Of a stretch of DNA of 64,000 bases, positions 37,891-50,914 are shown one piece after another. The stretch is from NCBI RefSeq assembly GCF_006345805.1, contig NC_043003.1, positions 49,972,001-50,036,000 of the forward strand. Direction: 5' to 3'. The notes under the pieces were generated by a model. The model ran no database searches, had not been told where the DNA came from, and saw only the letters and a program-made list of their open reading frames with translations. Each line of letters opens with the position of its first letter. Positions within the stretch are counted from its first letter, which is position 1. Source of the stretch: Octopus sinensis (lineage: Eukaryota). Made by a program: the position numbers and the translations under genes.

Positions 37891-39800
37891 ACTCTTAACA
37901 TTTATACCAGCCATATTCATCCAAAATATTCTAGCTGTTGTATGACCAAACTGGCCAGATCCAGCCTCACACACACACACCTATCTCACAATGTCGTTCT
38001 AAAATAAACAATCATATCATTGAAATCTCAAAGCTATGAAAAAATGAGTAATTAAAATCAATGAGACTAAATAAAAAATGTAAAGGTTAACGATTCCATG
38101 GTATTTTGGGATTTGAGATTAATCTCCTTTTGAATAAGATATATAAAATACTCAGTGGAGTTCAGAAATCCTGGTTTATTGGCAAACCAATAAGAACTTT
38201 CTTCTGAAATTTTAGAGGATTATTTAACAAACTATGTAAGATAGCATAAGGCAATGGTTTTAGTTTGTCCTGTTGTGACATCATTGTAAATATTTTTGAC
38301 TGACTACACTTGGACATGGCTTAACCCTACAACATTTAAACTGGCCACATGCAGCCCCATATTGTGATGATACTAAAAAATAAGCAATTATATCATCAAA
38401 ATCTCAAATAATACACAATTCGAAATAATGCAAATCAATAATTCTTTGTATCAGTCATTTGACTGCGGCCACACTAGAGCACCGCCTGTAGTTGAACAAA
38501 TAGACCTCAGGACTCAATCTTTGTAAGCCAAGTTATTTATTCTATCGGACTGTCTTGCTGAATTGATAAGTTATAGGGACATAAACACACCAACATCGGT
38601 CTGGACAAACAGACACACAAATACATATACATACATAATCATTTAATGTCTTTTGTCCATGCTGGCATGGGTTGGACAGTTTGACTGGGCTGGCATGCTG
38701 TGCCAGGATCCAGTCTGATTTGGCACTGTTTTCTACGGCTGAAATGCCCTTCCTAATGCTAACCACTCCAAGAGTGAAATAAGTGCTTTTATGTGCCAAT
38801 GGCACAGGTGCCATTTGCACAACATTGGTATCTGCCATGACTGCGATTTTGCTTGGCTTGATGGGTCTTCTCAAGCAAGACATAATGCCAAAAGGTCTTG
38901 GTCATTGCTTCCGTGAGGCCTAACACTCAAAAGGAGCTCGACCACTTTGCCTCCATGAGGCCCAACACTTGGAAGAAACTCGGCCACCTCATGACGGGCT
39001 TCTTTCAGTTTCTGTCTACCAAATCCACTCACAAGGCTCTGGTCAGCCTGAGGCTATATTAGAAGACACTCGCCCAAAGTGCCACGCAATAGGACTGAAC
39101 CCGGAACCATGTGGTTGGAAAGCACAGCCACTCCTGCACCTACAAGTATAACATTTGGCAAAAATAAACCTTAATACTAATGGGTTAAAGCTTTCATAAA
39201 CATCTCATTTTTTACACACAATACTTAAAGAGTAGCATCGTAGGCAAGCATCTACAGTGGCCCATCGCGAACTAAAGCCTCATCAATGGATTTCATGGAT
39301 GGAAACTGAAAAAAGCTGGTTGTAAATAACTGATACAAGTAGAGGTGATTCTACAGTGTACTGACACCCGAACTTCTGTGGTACTAAAAGACACTTAGTC
39401 CTGGTTGAAAAGCAGTTGGTGATGAAAAGAACAGCCAGCTAAAATCTTACTAACAAAGAATCCACAACATTTACTTTAACAGAGGTGGTGGTTTCTATTA
39501 CCTATTTATTATCAGTTGCTGTTTCCAATGAGAGATTGGAGTAGCAGGGCACTTCAGGGAAGTGCCCAACCCATGCTAGCATGAAAAGGAAAAAGGACAT
39601 AAAAAAAAAAAGTGATGGTAGTTAATGAATGTGGCTATATGCACGAGTATGACTGAGTCGTGAAGTAGTTTGCTCCCCAACCACATGGTTCTGGGTTTGT
39701 TCCCACTGAATAGCATCTTGAGTGAACATCTTTTTACTTTAGCCCTGGGCACCCAAAGCTTTGTGAGTGGATTAGCTAGACAGAAACTGAAAGAAGCCCT

Positions 39801-40025
39801 GCGAGCTGGCAGAAACGTTAGCATGCCGGGCGAAATGCTTATTGGTATTTCGTCTGTCATTACATTCTGATTTCAAATTCCGCTAAGGTAGACTTTGCCT
39901 TTCATCCTTTCGGGGTTGATAAATTAAGTTCCAGTTATGCACTGGGGTCGATGTAATCGACTTAATCCCTTTTTGTCCTTGTTTGTCCCCTCTATGTTTA
40001 GCCCCTTGTGGGCAATAAAGAAATG
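39801..40025 (+). mobile_element. SINE family B with 18-bp TSD, inserted into a family-A SINE
   Basis: TSD agaaactgaaagaagccc at 39782-39799 and 40026-40043; family A continues on both sides (about 39630-40250). Confidence 0.9.
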
Positions 40026-41519
40026 AGAAACTGAAAGAAGCCCATCATGTGTGTGTGTGTGTACCATTGTTCAGTAACCAGCAAGCTGGTTTGTTTACAT
40101 CCCCATAACTTTGCAGTTTTATATAAAAAGACTGATAGAATATTTGTCTTAAAACAGAAATATAATAATGGGAATTGACTCATTTGAAAACCCCTTCAAG
40201 GTCGGGGTCACAGCATGGTCGCAATCCAACAACAGAAACAAGTAAAAGATGAATGTAAAACTAGTGAGCGGAGCTAAATATAAAAGGGTAAAGACCCACT
40301 TTGATCATGAATGACCATGGGATTGAACCTAGGAAGTTCCTGATCGAGGCACAGGTCCGGACAAGGTTATTTATGGAAGACCAGCACTTGCCCACATGTA
40401 CCAGTCTTCCTTCTCCATGCTACTGATGTTATATCCAAGGGAAAGGCAAAGGTTGATACAGCTTGGCACCAATGACATCACAATTCATATATACAGTTGA
40501 ATGAATTGGGAGTAATGTGAAATAAAGTGTCTTGCTCAAGAACACAATACACAACCCGGTATGGGAATTAAACTCACTACCTCATGATTGTGAGCCCAAT
40601 ACTCTAACCACTGAGCCATGTGCCTTCACTGGTGGTAAATATAAGACTTGAGAATGAATGCAAGAAGACTGCATCTCCACTATTCCAGTTTAGTTAATTA
40701 CATGCTTATATTGACATGATTCGACTTATTCCTATAGCAGTCCAATTACTATCATTATTAAAGATGAAACATTCGTAAGGTGTAATTATGGGTTTTTTTA
40801 ATGCTTGCAGCTAGTAAGCAACAGAACAGCTCCAGTTTATAAATAAATAATATTCTATCCACAACCTTACAAAAAGCTTAGGTGAAATTATCTTCATATT
40901 GCATTATTTTTCTCTTGCTGCCATTTTGTGTGTTTTACTGGTTGCACTATTGAGGGCGTTTCTTAAGGAGTTTCTGGTGAATTTGTCAATATAAGGACAT
41001 CCTTTTGAAAAGGAAACATTTGAGTCACAGGCATGGCTGTGTGGTAAGAAGTTTGCTTCCCAATCACATGGTTTTGGTTTCAGTCCTACTGAGTGGCACC
41101 TTGGGCAAGCTTTTTCTCTAGTTTCATGCTGATAAAAAATGCTTTGTGAGTAAATATGGTAAGCAGAAACTGAAATAAATTCATTGTGCTTGCTTTGTGT
41201 GTGTATATTACCTTTGAAGTGCGAGTAGATGAAACAGGGACAACCGAAGAAGGGGAATATTCTCTATGTTGTTATGTCTCATTTCTGTTTTTTCGTTGTT
41301 TGAAAAAAAGCTTGTTTCTGTTTTTGTTTCTCATTGTGTTCAATGTTTTTTTGATGTCCTGTACCCATATATGCATGTATATATGCATATATTTATATAT
41401 TAATTATATAGCAAAATTTAGATTCAGATGAATAGGGTACTGAAGTAGCATGAAACGATTGTACTACACTACCTTGGATATCCTTGTTGCTTATTTTGAT
41501 TATGTGTGTGTGTGTGTGT

Positions 41520-41559
<40 letters not shown>

Positions 41560-41849
41560 AATCAATAAAAACAATGTAATACTGAAAAGGAAAATTACAG
41601 TCATCAGTTAAGGAATGGAGTAGACAAGATCTGGGCTACATATGTTTCATAGCTAGCAGAACCTTGGAAGTGGTAAATATCAAAGTGAGGTGTATACTGC
41701 CGGTTACTCATCAAGCCAAGGGTATCTTGATTAAATGAAAGTTTACATTGTCACAAGAATGTACATGTTGACAAATGGAAGATTTGGAAGCAAACTTTCC
41801 ACACCTCAATTCTTGAATCTTTATATTTATATATATATATATAGACCCT

Positions 41850-42185
41850 CCTCAGTCATGAATAACCATGGTATTGCACCAAGAAAATCCCCCACCCCAC
41901 CAAGCACAAGTCTGGGCAAGTTTTATGGAAGATCAGCAGTCACCCATGCATACCGGACGCCCCTCTCCACGCCACCGATGTCATCCAAGGTGAAGGCAAA
42001 GGCCAAGGCCCATACAGCTTGGCACCAGTGATGTCGCAACCCATTTCTACAGTTGAGTGAATTGGAACAATGTGAAATAAAGTGTCTTGCTCAAGAACAC
42101 GACACATAGCCCAGTCTGGGAATTGAGCTCACTACCTTGTGATTATGAGCCTGATGCTCAAACCACGGAGCTATTTGCCTTCACA
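41850..42185 (-). mobile_element. SINE, C2-like head + tail K
   Basis: Shares gtgaaataaagtgtcttgctcaagaacac (plus strand) with 31046-31373, and acagcttggcacca / gaccatgg segments with 40290-40630 (-). Confidence 0.75.
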
Positions 42186-42654
42186 TATATACAGAAGTCA
42201 CCCGACAGTAAATCAAAATTCCATAAATACTATCTGTAATTTTGTATTGACTCACATGGAAAAATGTGTCGCACATGAAGGACTTCAGTTTGAACAATTT
42301 TCATGAGGTTTCATATTTAATATGCTTTTATTAAATTTATTCAGTTTTTAAACATTAAATAAATCTGGGAATTGAATTAATCCTGTGCATGCATGTGTGT
42401 GTTTTGTCCAACTGTTGACTTTTTCCATGTTCAAACCAGGAAGATCTGACTAACCACAACAATCCTACAATGTCGTGCAAAATATAACCATCACATCACT
42501 GAAATCTCAACGTTATAAGATAAATGTATGACTAAATCAAAACAATGTGAATAAATTTAAGTATTACATTTGGCAGAGAAATCTGAATACTAAAGGGTTA
42601 AAGATGGCAAGGTGTGATTCCACTACTATTTTGTAAAAGAAAATCTAGTTTACT

Positions 42655-43037
42655 CTTTACTCTTTTACTTGTTTCAGTCATTTGACTGCGGCCATGCTGG
42701 AGCACCGCCTTTAGTCGAGCAAATCGATCCCGGGACTTATTCTTTGTAAGCCCAGTACTTATTCTATCGGTCTCTTTTTTGCCGAACCGCTAAGTGACGG
42801 GGACGTAAACACACCAGCATCGGTTGTCAAGCAATGCTAGGGGGACAAACACAGACACACAAACATACATATATATACATATATACGACAGGCTTCTTTC
42901 AGTTTCCGTCTACCAAATCCACTCACAGGGCATTGGTCGGCCCGGGGCTATAGCAGAAGACACTTGCCCAAGTGCCACGCAGTGGGACTGAACCCGGAAC
43001 CATGTGGTTGGTTAGCAAGCTACATACCACACAGCCA
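42655..43037 (-). mobile_element. SINE family A, diagnostic subfamily A2
   Basis: Complete copy with cTAGCATTGc, gtCacttag, agtactGggc and gtccCgg variants. Confidence 0.9.
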
Positions 43038-43099
43038 AGTTCTGCTATAGTACATTTCGGAATTTGGGGATATATTCGAGTATTCCGGCATGCCGTTTC

Positions 43100-43215
43100 G
43101 GCGGAGGTAAAGAATACGCACACCAAGCGTTTTCGGCGCAACAAAAACTCTAACCCTAAGACTAAGACTAATTCTAACCCCTAAATACTGGGTGTGCATA
43201 TTCTTTACTTTCGCC
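43100..43215. mobile_element. 116-bp GG-terminated MITE with 9-bp TSD (Merlin-like)
   Basis: TIR ggcggaggtaaagaatacgcacaccaag versus ctgggtgtgcatattctttactttcgcc; TSD tgccgtttc at 43091-43099 and 43216-43224; spacer contains ctaaccctaa and ctaacccctaa. Confidence 0.8.
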
Positions 43216-44479
43216 TGCCGTTTCTATGTAGTAGATGATCGTTGTGCGCGCACACACAAACAGGCGGCTGTGATACGAGGGAAATCCGGCTGCTATATCT
43301 AGCAATAAGTGTTGTGGTAGTAGTAGTAGTGGTGGTGGTTCAAAACCCATGCAGAAATGTTGCTTTCAGAATAAAACATGCTGATTCTGTTGGGTTTGGG
43401 GGAAAAGTCATCTCTTTTGGTGCCTTATAATTTAACACAATCACCCGTAAAATTTCCACTTATTTCTTTCTTATTTTTCTAAAATTTCCGTTGCGTCTTG
43501 CAACCTTTTCAATAGTTTTGACTTAAACATGCTAAAACTTCTCAAAAAAAAAAAAAAGTGTGTGCGAAGGAAACCGCGGGGTCTAATGTTACTTTATATC
43601 CCCGACTTAAATCCCTTTTAAACGAGTCCTATTGCAGTCAACAGATATAAAATTTGGGAGAGAAAACGTGTGCGTGCTGTTGTGTATGTGTGTGTTAAGT
43701 AAAGTGTTTAGTACGAAGTGTGAAAAACGAACATTATAGCATTATAATTTCGTTAAATATTTTCAACTTTGTGGGAGACAGAAGAAATTAGGAGATCAAG
43801 AAAGCTGGAATGATATTCCCCGAGATACCATTCATTACACGTGTTTAGAACTGGTTTGTGTTAGTGGTGTGAATAATATATATATATATATATAATATAT
43901 ATATATATATTATAATATATATATAACATATATATATATTGAAAGTAATATATATAACAGTATATACATTCATCACCATACAAAGAGTCTGTATAGCCAT
44001 CTATGTAAGCAAATATACAAATAAGAATATATATACATATGCACAACATACATTATGTGTGTGAGTATATATATATATATGAGTATATATATACACACAC
44101 ATGTATATTTAAATGGACTGCAGGCATACTCTCACACACACACACACACACACACACGTAACATTTACATGTACAGCACACACACACGGTTGAAATAGAA
44201 TTTACTTGGAGGATTACATGCCCGAATTACACACACACACACACACACTTACACACACACAGACACACACACAAACTACGCGCGCGCGCGCACTGGAATT
44301 CTTGTCGAGGATGGAAATGATTAGTAAGCAGAGTTGAGATGGAGGCAGCTTGTGAAAACTAATATCGCACCCACGTTAAAACATCACAGCACAACATATA
44401 CGCTTCGTACTCAACGGCAAAAACAAGATTCACATAATATGTAAAATCTGTGTCTGCGAGTGTATGGTATGAGAGCGTG

Positions 44480-44726
44480 CGCGCGTATGTATAAATGTAT
44501 ATATAAATGTATATGTGCGTGTGTATGTATGTATAAAGATATAGATATGTACGTATGTATATCTCTATATACGTGTGTATGTATGTATAAATATATATAT
44601 ACGTAAGTATGTATATCTATCTATCTATATATGTATATAGATATGTATGTATATAGATATATGTGTATAGATATAGATATGTATGTATATAGATAGATGT
44701 TGTATAGATATACATATCGATACATT

Positions 44727-44758
<32 letters not shown>

Positions 44759-44899
44759 ATATATATATACACAGAGATATGATATGTATGTATGTATATA
44801 GATATACATATAGATACATTTATATATATATATATAATATTATATATATACACACAGAGATATAGATATGTATGTATATATAGATATACATATAGATAC

Positions 44900-44930
<31 letters not shown>

Positions 44931-45093
44931 GATATACATATAGATACATTTAATATTATATATATATTTATTATATAGAAGGAGCTTCTACAGGACTAGA
45001 ACTGTTTTCATTCAAGAGAAATCTTCAGGAAGCTCTTTTTTTATATATATATATAACACATATAGATACATTTATATATATATATATATATAC

Positions 45094-45129
<36 letters not shown>

Positions 45130-45153
45130 TTATATATATATATATATATATAC

Positions 45154-45187
<34 letters not shown>

Positions 45188-45385
45188 GTATCTATATGTA
45201 TATCTATATATACATACATATCTATAGCTGTTGTATATTATTATATATATATATAAATGTATCTATATGTATATCTATACATACATATCTATATCTATAT
45301 ACATACATATCTATATACATATATCTATATATATATATATATATATGTGTGTGTATGTGTGTGTATGTATGTATGTATGTATGTA
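44480..45385. repeat. Compound (TA)n/(TAGA)-type satellite with higher-order units and a strand inversion near 45170
   Basis: The unit tatagatatgtatgtatatatagatatacatatagatacatttata (44861-44906) recurs as its exact reverse complement at 45181-45226. Confidence 0.85.
44982..45035 (-). ncRNA. Type I hammerhead ribozyme-like motif (near canonical)
   Basis: Minus strand reads gagcttc CTGAAGA tttc-tctt-gaat GAAA(A) cag-ttctagtc-ctg TA gaagctc. It has a 7-bp stem I, the CUGANGA and GAAA cores, stem III and a GUA cleavage triplet. Departures: one extra A after GAAA and a U-U at 10.1/11.1. Confidence 0.5.
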
Positions 45386-45654
45386 GTGTTGTGTGCACGC
45401 AAGCTCGGAGTCAGGTTTTATGTGTTTTAAGCTTATAAAAGCTGTTGACCAAACACAGAGAAGTGATCAGATGATATTATGTCAAAAGAATATTTAATGT
45501 CTATTTCAAAGAGTTTAACTTAACATAATGTCAGAGATAAAATATTTTATATTCCAATGATTTATTTTAATAGTAATAATAATAATTATTATTATTATTA
45601 TACCGATGACTGAAGAAGAAATGGAATTATAATTGCAATAATAATAATAATAAT

Positions 45655-46047
45655 AGGAGTGGCTGTGTGGTAAGTAGCTTGTTTACCGGGTTCAGTCCCA
45701 CTGCATGGCACCTTGGGCAAGTGTCTTCTACTATAGCCTCGGGCCGACCAAAGTTTTGTGAGTGGATTTGGTAGACGGAAACTTAAAGAAGCCCATCGTA
45801 TATATGTGTATATATGTGTGTGTGTGTGCGTGCGTGTATGTTTGTGTGTCTGTGTTTGTCCCCCTAGCATTGCTTGACAACCGATGCTGGTGTGTTTATG
45901 TCCCCGTCACTTAGCGGTTCTGCAAAAGAGACCGATAGAATAAGTACCGGGCTTACAAAAGAATAAGTCCCGGAGTAGAATTGCTCGATTAAAGGCGATG
46001 CTCCAGCATGGCCGCAGTCAAATGACTGAAACAAGTAAAAGAGTAAA
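45655..46047 (+). mobile_element. SINE family A, subfamily A2
   Basis: Same diagnostic variants as 42655-43037. Older A copies lie at 46190-46620 (+) and 47320-47600 (-). Confidence 0.9.
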
Positions 46048-46924
46048 CTATATTTATATTATATGTATGTGAAGGCAGTGAGCAGGCAGAATTGTTACCG
46101 TGCCGGACAAAATGCTGAGCAGCATTTATTTCGGCTTTAACGTCCTCGGTCGAAATGTTGTCTAGTTGACTATGCCACGATTTGAAACCATTATATAATG
46201 TGTGGATGTTTGGTAAAAATTTGGATTCCTAAACACTATGGTTCCCGGTTTATTTCTACTGTGTGGCACCTCGAGGAAAATACCTTTCGACCAAAACCTT
46301 GTGTTACTTAAAGGTCCCTAAAAACTAACCCTAACCCTACGGGACCTCTGTATTTATATTTAAGTAGTGCCAGTGTATTTGGTAGACATAAACTGAGAGG
46401 GTTTCGCGTGTGCGTGTGTCTGTTTACCTACCACCACCACCACCACCACCACTACCACAACTTGACTATGTTGGTTTGTTTACGTCCTCGTAACTTAACG
46501 TTTCGGATTGTTTTGAAAAATATGCAATGGGATCGATTTGCCACAGCAAAACCTTTCATAGCAGGCAAGTGCCCCAGCTTGGTCAGGTCAGAGTCGAAAC
46601 AAGTAAAAGTTAGGTGTTGGAGTGTGCGTGTGTATGTGTTATATAAGAGACCGAAACGACTCCAGCAACAGTAATTAGCAGACAACACCCACTCGTAAGA
46701 GATAGAGTAACTTACATTCAACACAAAGAAAAACTTCAAGTGTATAAAAAAAAGAGTGTGTGTGTGTGGGGGGGGGGTTACCAAGTTACAGCAGTTAGCA
46801 GGCTGGAGGGGAGGAAGAGAACTAAAACGTGGTTTGTGTCAAGGAGTGAAGAGTTAAGGACAAATTTACTTCGAAAATTTATCATACGTATTTCTATGCA
46901 GGCATATATATACACACGCATATA

Positions 46925-46941
46925 CGCACATACATACATAC

Positions 46942-46996
<55 letters not shown>

Positions 46997-47174
46997 CACA
47001 CACAGAGTGAAGTGGACAAACGAAACAGGGCACTCAAAACATTCAGTAGGAATTATGTTTATGTATGTATATATATATATATATTATATATATATATATA
47101 CATACACACACAGAGTGAAGTGGACAAACGAACAGGGCACTCAAAACATTCAGTAGGAATTATGTTTATGTATG

Positions 47175-47229
<55 letters not shown>

Positions 47230-47310
47230 TTATATATAGTTGTATATGTGTGTATGTATATATATATATTTGTATGTATATATATATATATATATGTATA
47301 TCTGTGTGTG
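46925..47310. repeat. (TA)n field containing a tandem duplication of an about 75-bp unique segment
   Basis: catacacacacagagtgaagtggacaaacgaa(a)cagggcactcaaaacattcagtaggaattatgtttatgtatgt at about 46992-47070 and 47101-47180. Confidence 0.9.
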
Positions 47311-47765
47311 TGTATACATCCTTTTCAGTTATTAGATTGTGGCCATGCTGGTGTGCAAACAAAAAGGGTCTAGCCAAAAAAATATCATCTGCATGAGTCT
47401 GGTGCTACTAACATATTCTATCGGTTTTTTTTGGTTTTTTTTGCTGAACCGCTAAGATACAGGGGCCAGAAACGAACCAACAATGGTTGTCAAGGTACGG
47501 ACGCGGGGAGGACGAATACAAACACATGTGTGCACGTGCATGAAATATACAAAAAGAGCTTACAGAGCCTCTGCTTACCAAATTCCCCCGCAAGGTATTG
47601 GCAACAAGAGGGGCATCAGGCTGTTGAAAATCTGCCTCAACAAATTCCATCAAACCCGTACAAGCATGGAAAAGTGGGCATTATATGATGAGGATAGATA
47701 TAAAAGTGTTTGTGTATACACACACACACTTGCAAGTTACATGTATCAAAAAGGCAAAAAATATG

Positions 47766-48337
47766 GGATCTTTTCGGTTTGAACGGCAGTTTTTTCTAGC
47801 GGGTCATGTGAAATTGTTACCCATAATTATGACCCTAGTATCGATCTATTGCATTTCTATCTATTTTAGGGTTAGGGGTAGGGGGAAGGGTATTTTTTTC
47901 TCTTCGCGTGTCTGTGTTTGTCTCCCTAGCATTGCTTAACAACCGATGCTGGTGTGTTTACGTCCCCATCACTTAGCGGTTCAGCAAAAAGAGACCGATA
48001 GAATAAGTACTGGGCTTACAAAGAATAAGACCCGGGGTCGATTTGCTCGACTAAAGGCAGTGCTCCAGCATGGCCGCAGTCAAATGACTGAAACAAGTAA
48101 AAGAGAGTATAAGTGTAAACCCAATCTGTTTATTTAACAAGGGACATATTCATACGGCACAGAATGTTTTTTTTTTCACCTCAATAGACGTCATTGATTG
48201 GTTGAAATTGCAGAAATTGAAGAAAAAAAAAACAACAAATATCTTACAAACTATAGAATCTTCTCAATAAAGCCAAGAGAAAAAGATGTTTTATAAACAT
48301 ATTCTACCAGTATACGAAGTTTAAACCGAAAAGATCC
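47766..48337. mobile_element. Family G MITE with 8-bp TSD, containing a 5'-truncated family-A SINE (about 47905-48107)
   Basis: TIR ggatcttttcggttt... at both ends, TSD aaaatatg at 47758-47765 and 48338-48345, internal ttagggttaggggtaggggg. Confidence 0.8.
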
Positions 48338-49229
48338 AAAATATGTATAAATGCAGTTACAAATATACACATGTATGTGTATTGAGAAAATGATGTTAAT
48401 CCATCACGTTGATTGACTAAGCCAATTTTCCCAGAACACACTGAATGTACCGAAAGGAAGTTTAATAGAACATAATGTGCTTTATGTCACATTGGTTAGT
48501 GTTACCTTTCAGGTGTCTGGTGATTGATATTCGTTTAAAAGCCAGATATAAAAACTCTTCAATAATCCAATAGATTAACAAGTTTTTAGAAATATACTTG
48601 TAGTATATTTGAGAAACTCTAAAATAAAATTTCATGTAGTAAAAAATTGTATTTTTTTTTCTTTTTTTCCAAAGTTGTCACTGTAAACAAATGCAAATAC
48701 AGAAGAAATAAAAGTTCATTGAGAACTCATAAGTAGATAAAAGTTAGCCATCATCTTTCTGTCCACGAAGAGAACTTGTAGTAGCAGCTATTTAAATCAA
48801 AACACAAACCAGAATCTAGCTGTAAAGAAGTCAAAAATAACATGCTCTTATATGCAAATATTATACCCAATACAGCATGTATCAGAAAATCTCTCCCCCA
48901 CTTTATATAACAGTAATTTTAGAGATAGAAACCACCTTCAACTCAATCAACACTGAAAGATTTTATACCCGACCACTCAATAAAATGTTAAAAATTAAAT
49001 CTTACACTAACTATATCTATTCTCAATCCCGTCTATTCCGTTTATAAGACTACAAGTGTTTCATGAAAGTACGTCGGTATTGATTAGATACGAGGTATCT
49101 AGTTTCAATACAGACATCTTTCAGTGTCTCTAAAATTACTGTTATATATACGAATTAAAACATTGAGAAATGTTCATTTTAGTACATCTAATTTGAATGT
49201 CGTTTTCCTGTGTACTCGGAAGTAATATT

Positions 49230-49516
49230 GGATCTTTTCCTTTTGAACGGCACTTTGTAACATATTTTCTAGGTAACTAAAAAGTTTTAAACTTCGTATA
49301 CTGGTAGAATGTGTTTGTAAAACATCATTTTTTTCTTGGCTTTATTCAGAGAAGTCTATATGTTGTAATATATTTCGTCTTTAATTTCGAGCATTTCGGC
49401 AATCTTAACCAATCGCTGACGTCCATTTAGGTAAATAACATTCTGTGCATAATGAATATGTCCCTCCTTTAAGAAACAGATTGGGTTTATTTACATTTGT
49501 GAATAAAAAAGATACC
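49230..49516. mobile_element. Family G MITE, truncated diverged copy
   Basis: One TIR (ggatcttttccttttgaacggc) plus internal sequence collinear with 10332-10733. Confidence 0.7.
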
Positions 49517-50914
49517 CACAGGCTACTTTGGTTATAGTTTCTACAGCTGGATGCCTCATCTAACACAAACCACTTTACAGCGCATGCTGGGTGCTTTTTT
49601 TTTTGTATCAAATTAAAGAGATGTGTGTTCATGCAAGTACATGTGTACGTATATGTGCGATGAAAGATGGTTAAGGCAGTACAGGTACAAAGTAATGACA
49701 GTGGGGTTAAGAAGTTGGATTTCCAACCGACTGGTTTGAAATTCAGTTCCACTACCTACAACCTTGGGCAGGTGCCTTCTCTAGCCATATGCTACATCAT
49801 CATCATCACCGTTTAACGTCCGCTTTCCATACTAGCATTGGATGGAGGATTTGACTGAGGACTGGCGAACCAGATGGCTGCACCAGGCTCCAATCTGATC
49901 TGGCAGAGTTTCTACAGCTGGATGCCCTTCCTAATGCCAACCACTCCGAAAGTGTAGTGGCTGCTTTTACGTGCCGCCAGCTCGATCGATGGCCTACCTG
50001 TGAGAGAATTCGATAAGCAGAATTTAAAAGAAGGATATGTGTGTAGTGGGGGTATGTGGGCATACACGTGTACTCAGTTTTGATGACATGTGACAGTTGT
50101 AAACCAGTGTCAATGTACATATATATATATATATATACACACGTATATATACACACACACACACACATGTATATATGAGTATGTTTATGCATTTCCCCTA
50201 CTGCCACTTGACACCCAGTGTTGTTGGCTCATCCCTTCAACTTCATAGTTTAGCAAAGGTGATCAATAAGTTATATAATAAATACCAGACTTAAAAAAAA
50301 TTAAAAAGTACTGGGCTTGATTTGCTCAATTTAACCCTTCAAGGTGGTGCCCCAGAATATCTGCAGTTGAACAACTGAAACAAGCGACTGATTGGAAGAT
50401 GAAACCCAGATATATCTGTCTGATGGTAACACTGATGTGAAAAACTCTCTCCAAAAGGCGGCGAGCTGGCAGAAACGTTAGCACGCCTGACGAAATGTTT
50501 AGTGGTATTTCGTCCATCTTTACGCTCTGAGTTTAAATTCCGCCAAAGTTGACTTTGCCTTTCATCTTTAATAAATTAAGTACCAGTTGCATATTGGAGT
50601 CGATCTAATCGACTTGCCCCCCCCTCCCCCACCTCAAAAATTATGGGCCTTGTGTCTAGAGTAGAAAAGAAGTATTCTCCAAAACTACAGTGTGTTTTGT
50701 CCCGTTTTTATTTAAATAAATATGAAAAGGAAATCCATAGATTACAAACAAAGCTAAAACATGCCAAAAAGAAATAAGATTAAAATTTGTATAAAAACAA
50801 GACTCGTGAGATTATTCATATATTATTTATACATTGCAGTTTAACTTCAGAAAGGGAATTTCCCCACTTTCCCTGTCCTGTATCTCACACGTTTGCAAAA
50901 TATTTTGAATTTAA

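Noticed and set aside
46320-46340. TAACCC runs as evidence of a telomere or chromosome fusion
   Set aside because: Only 2-3 units, always inside small TIR elements.
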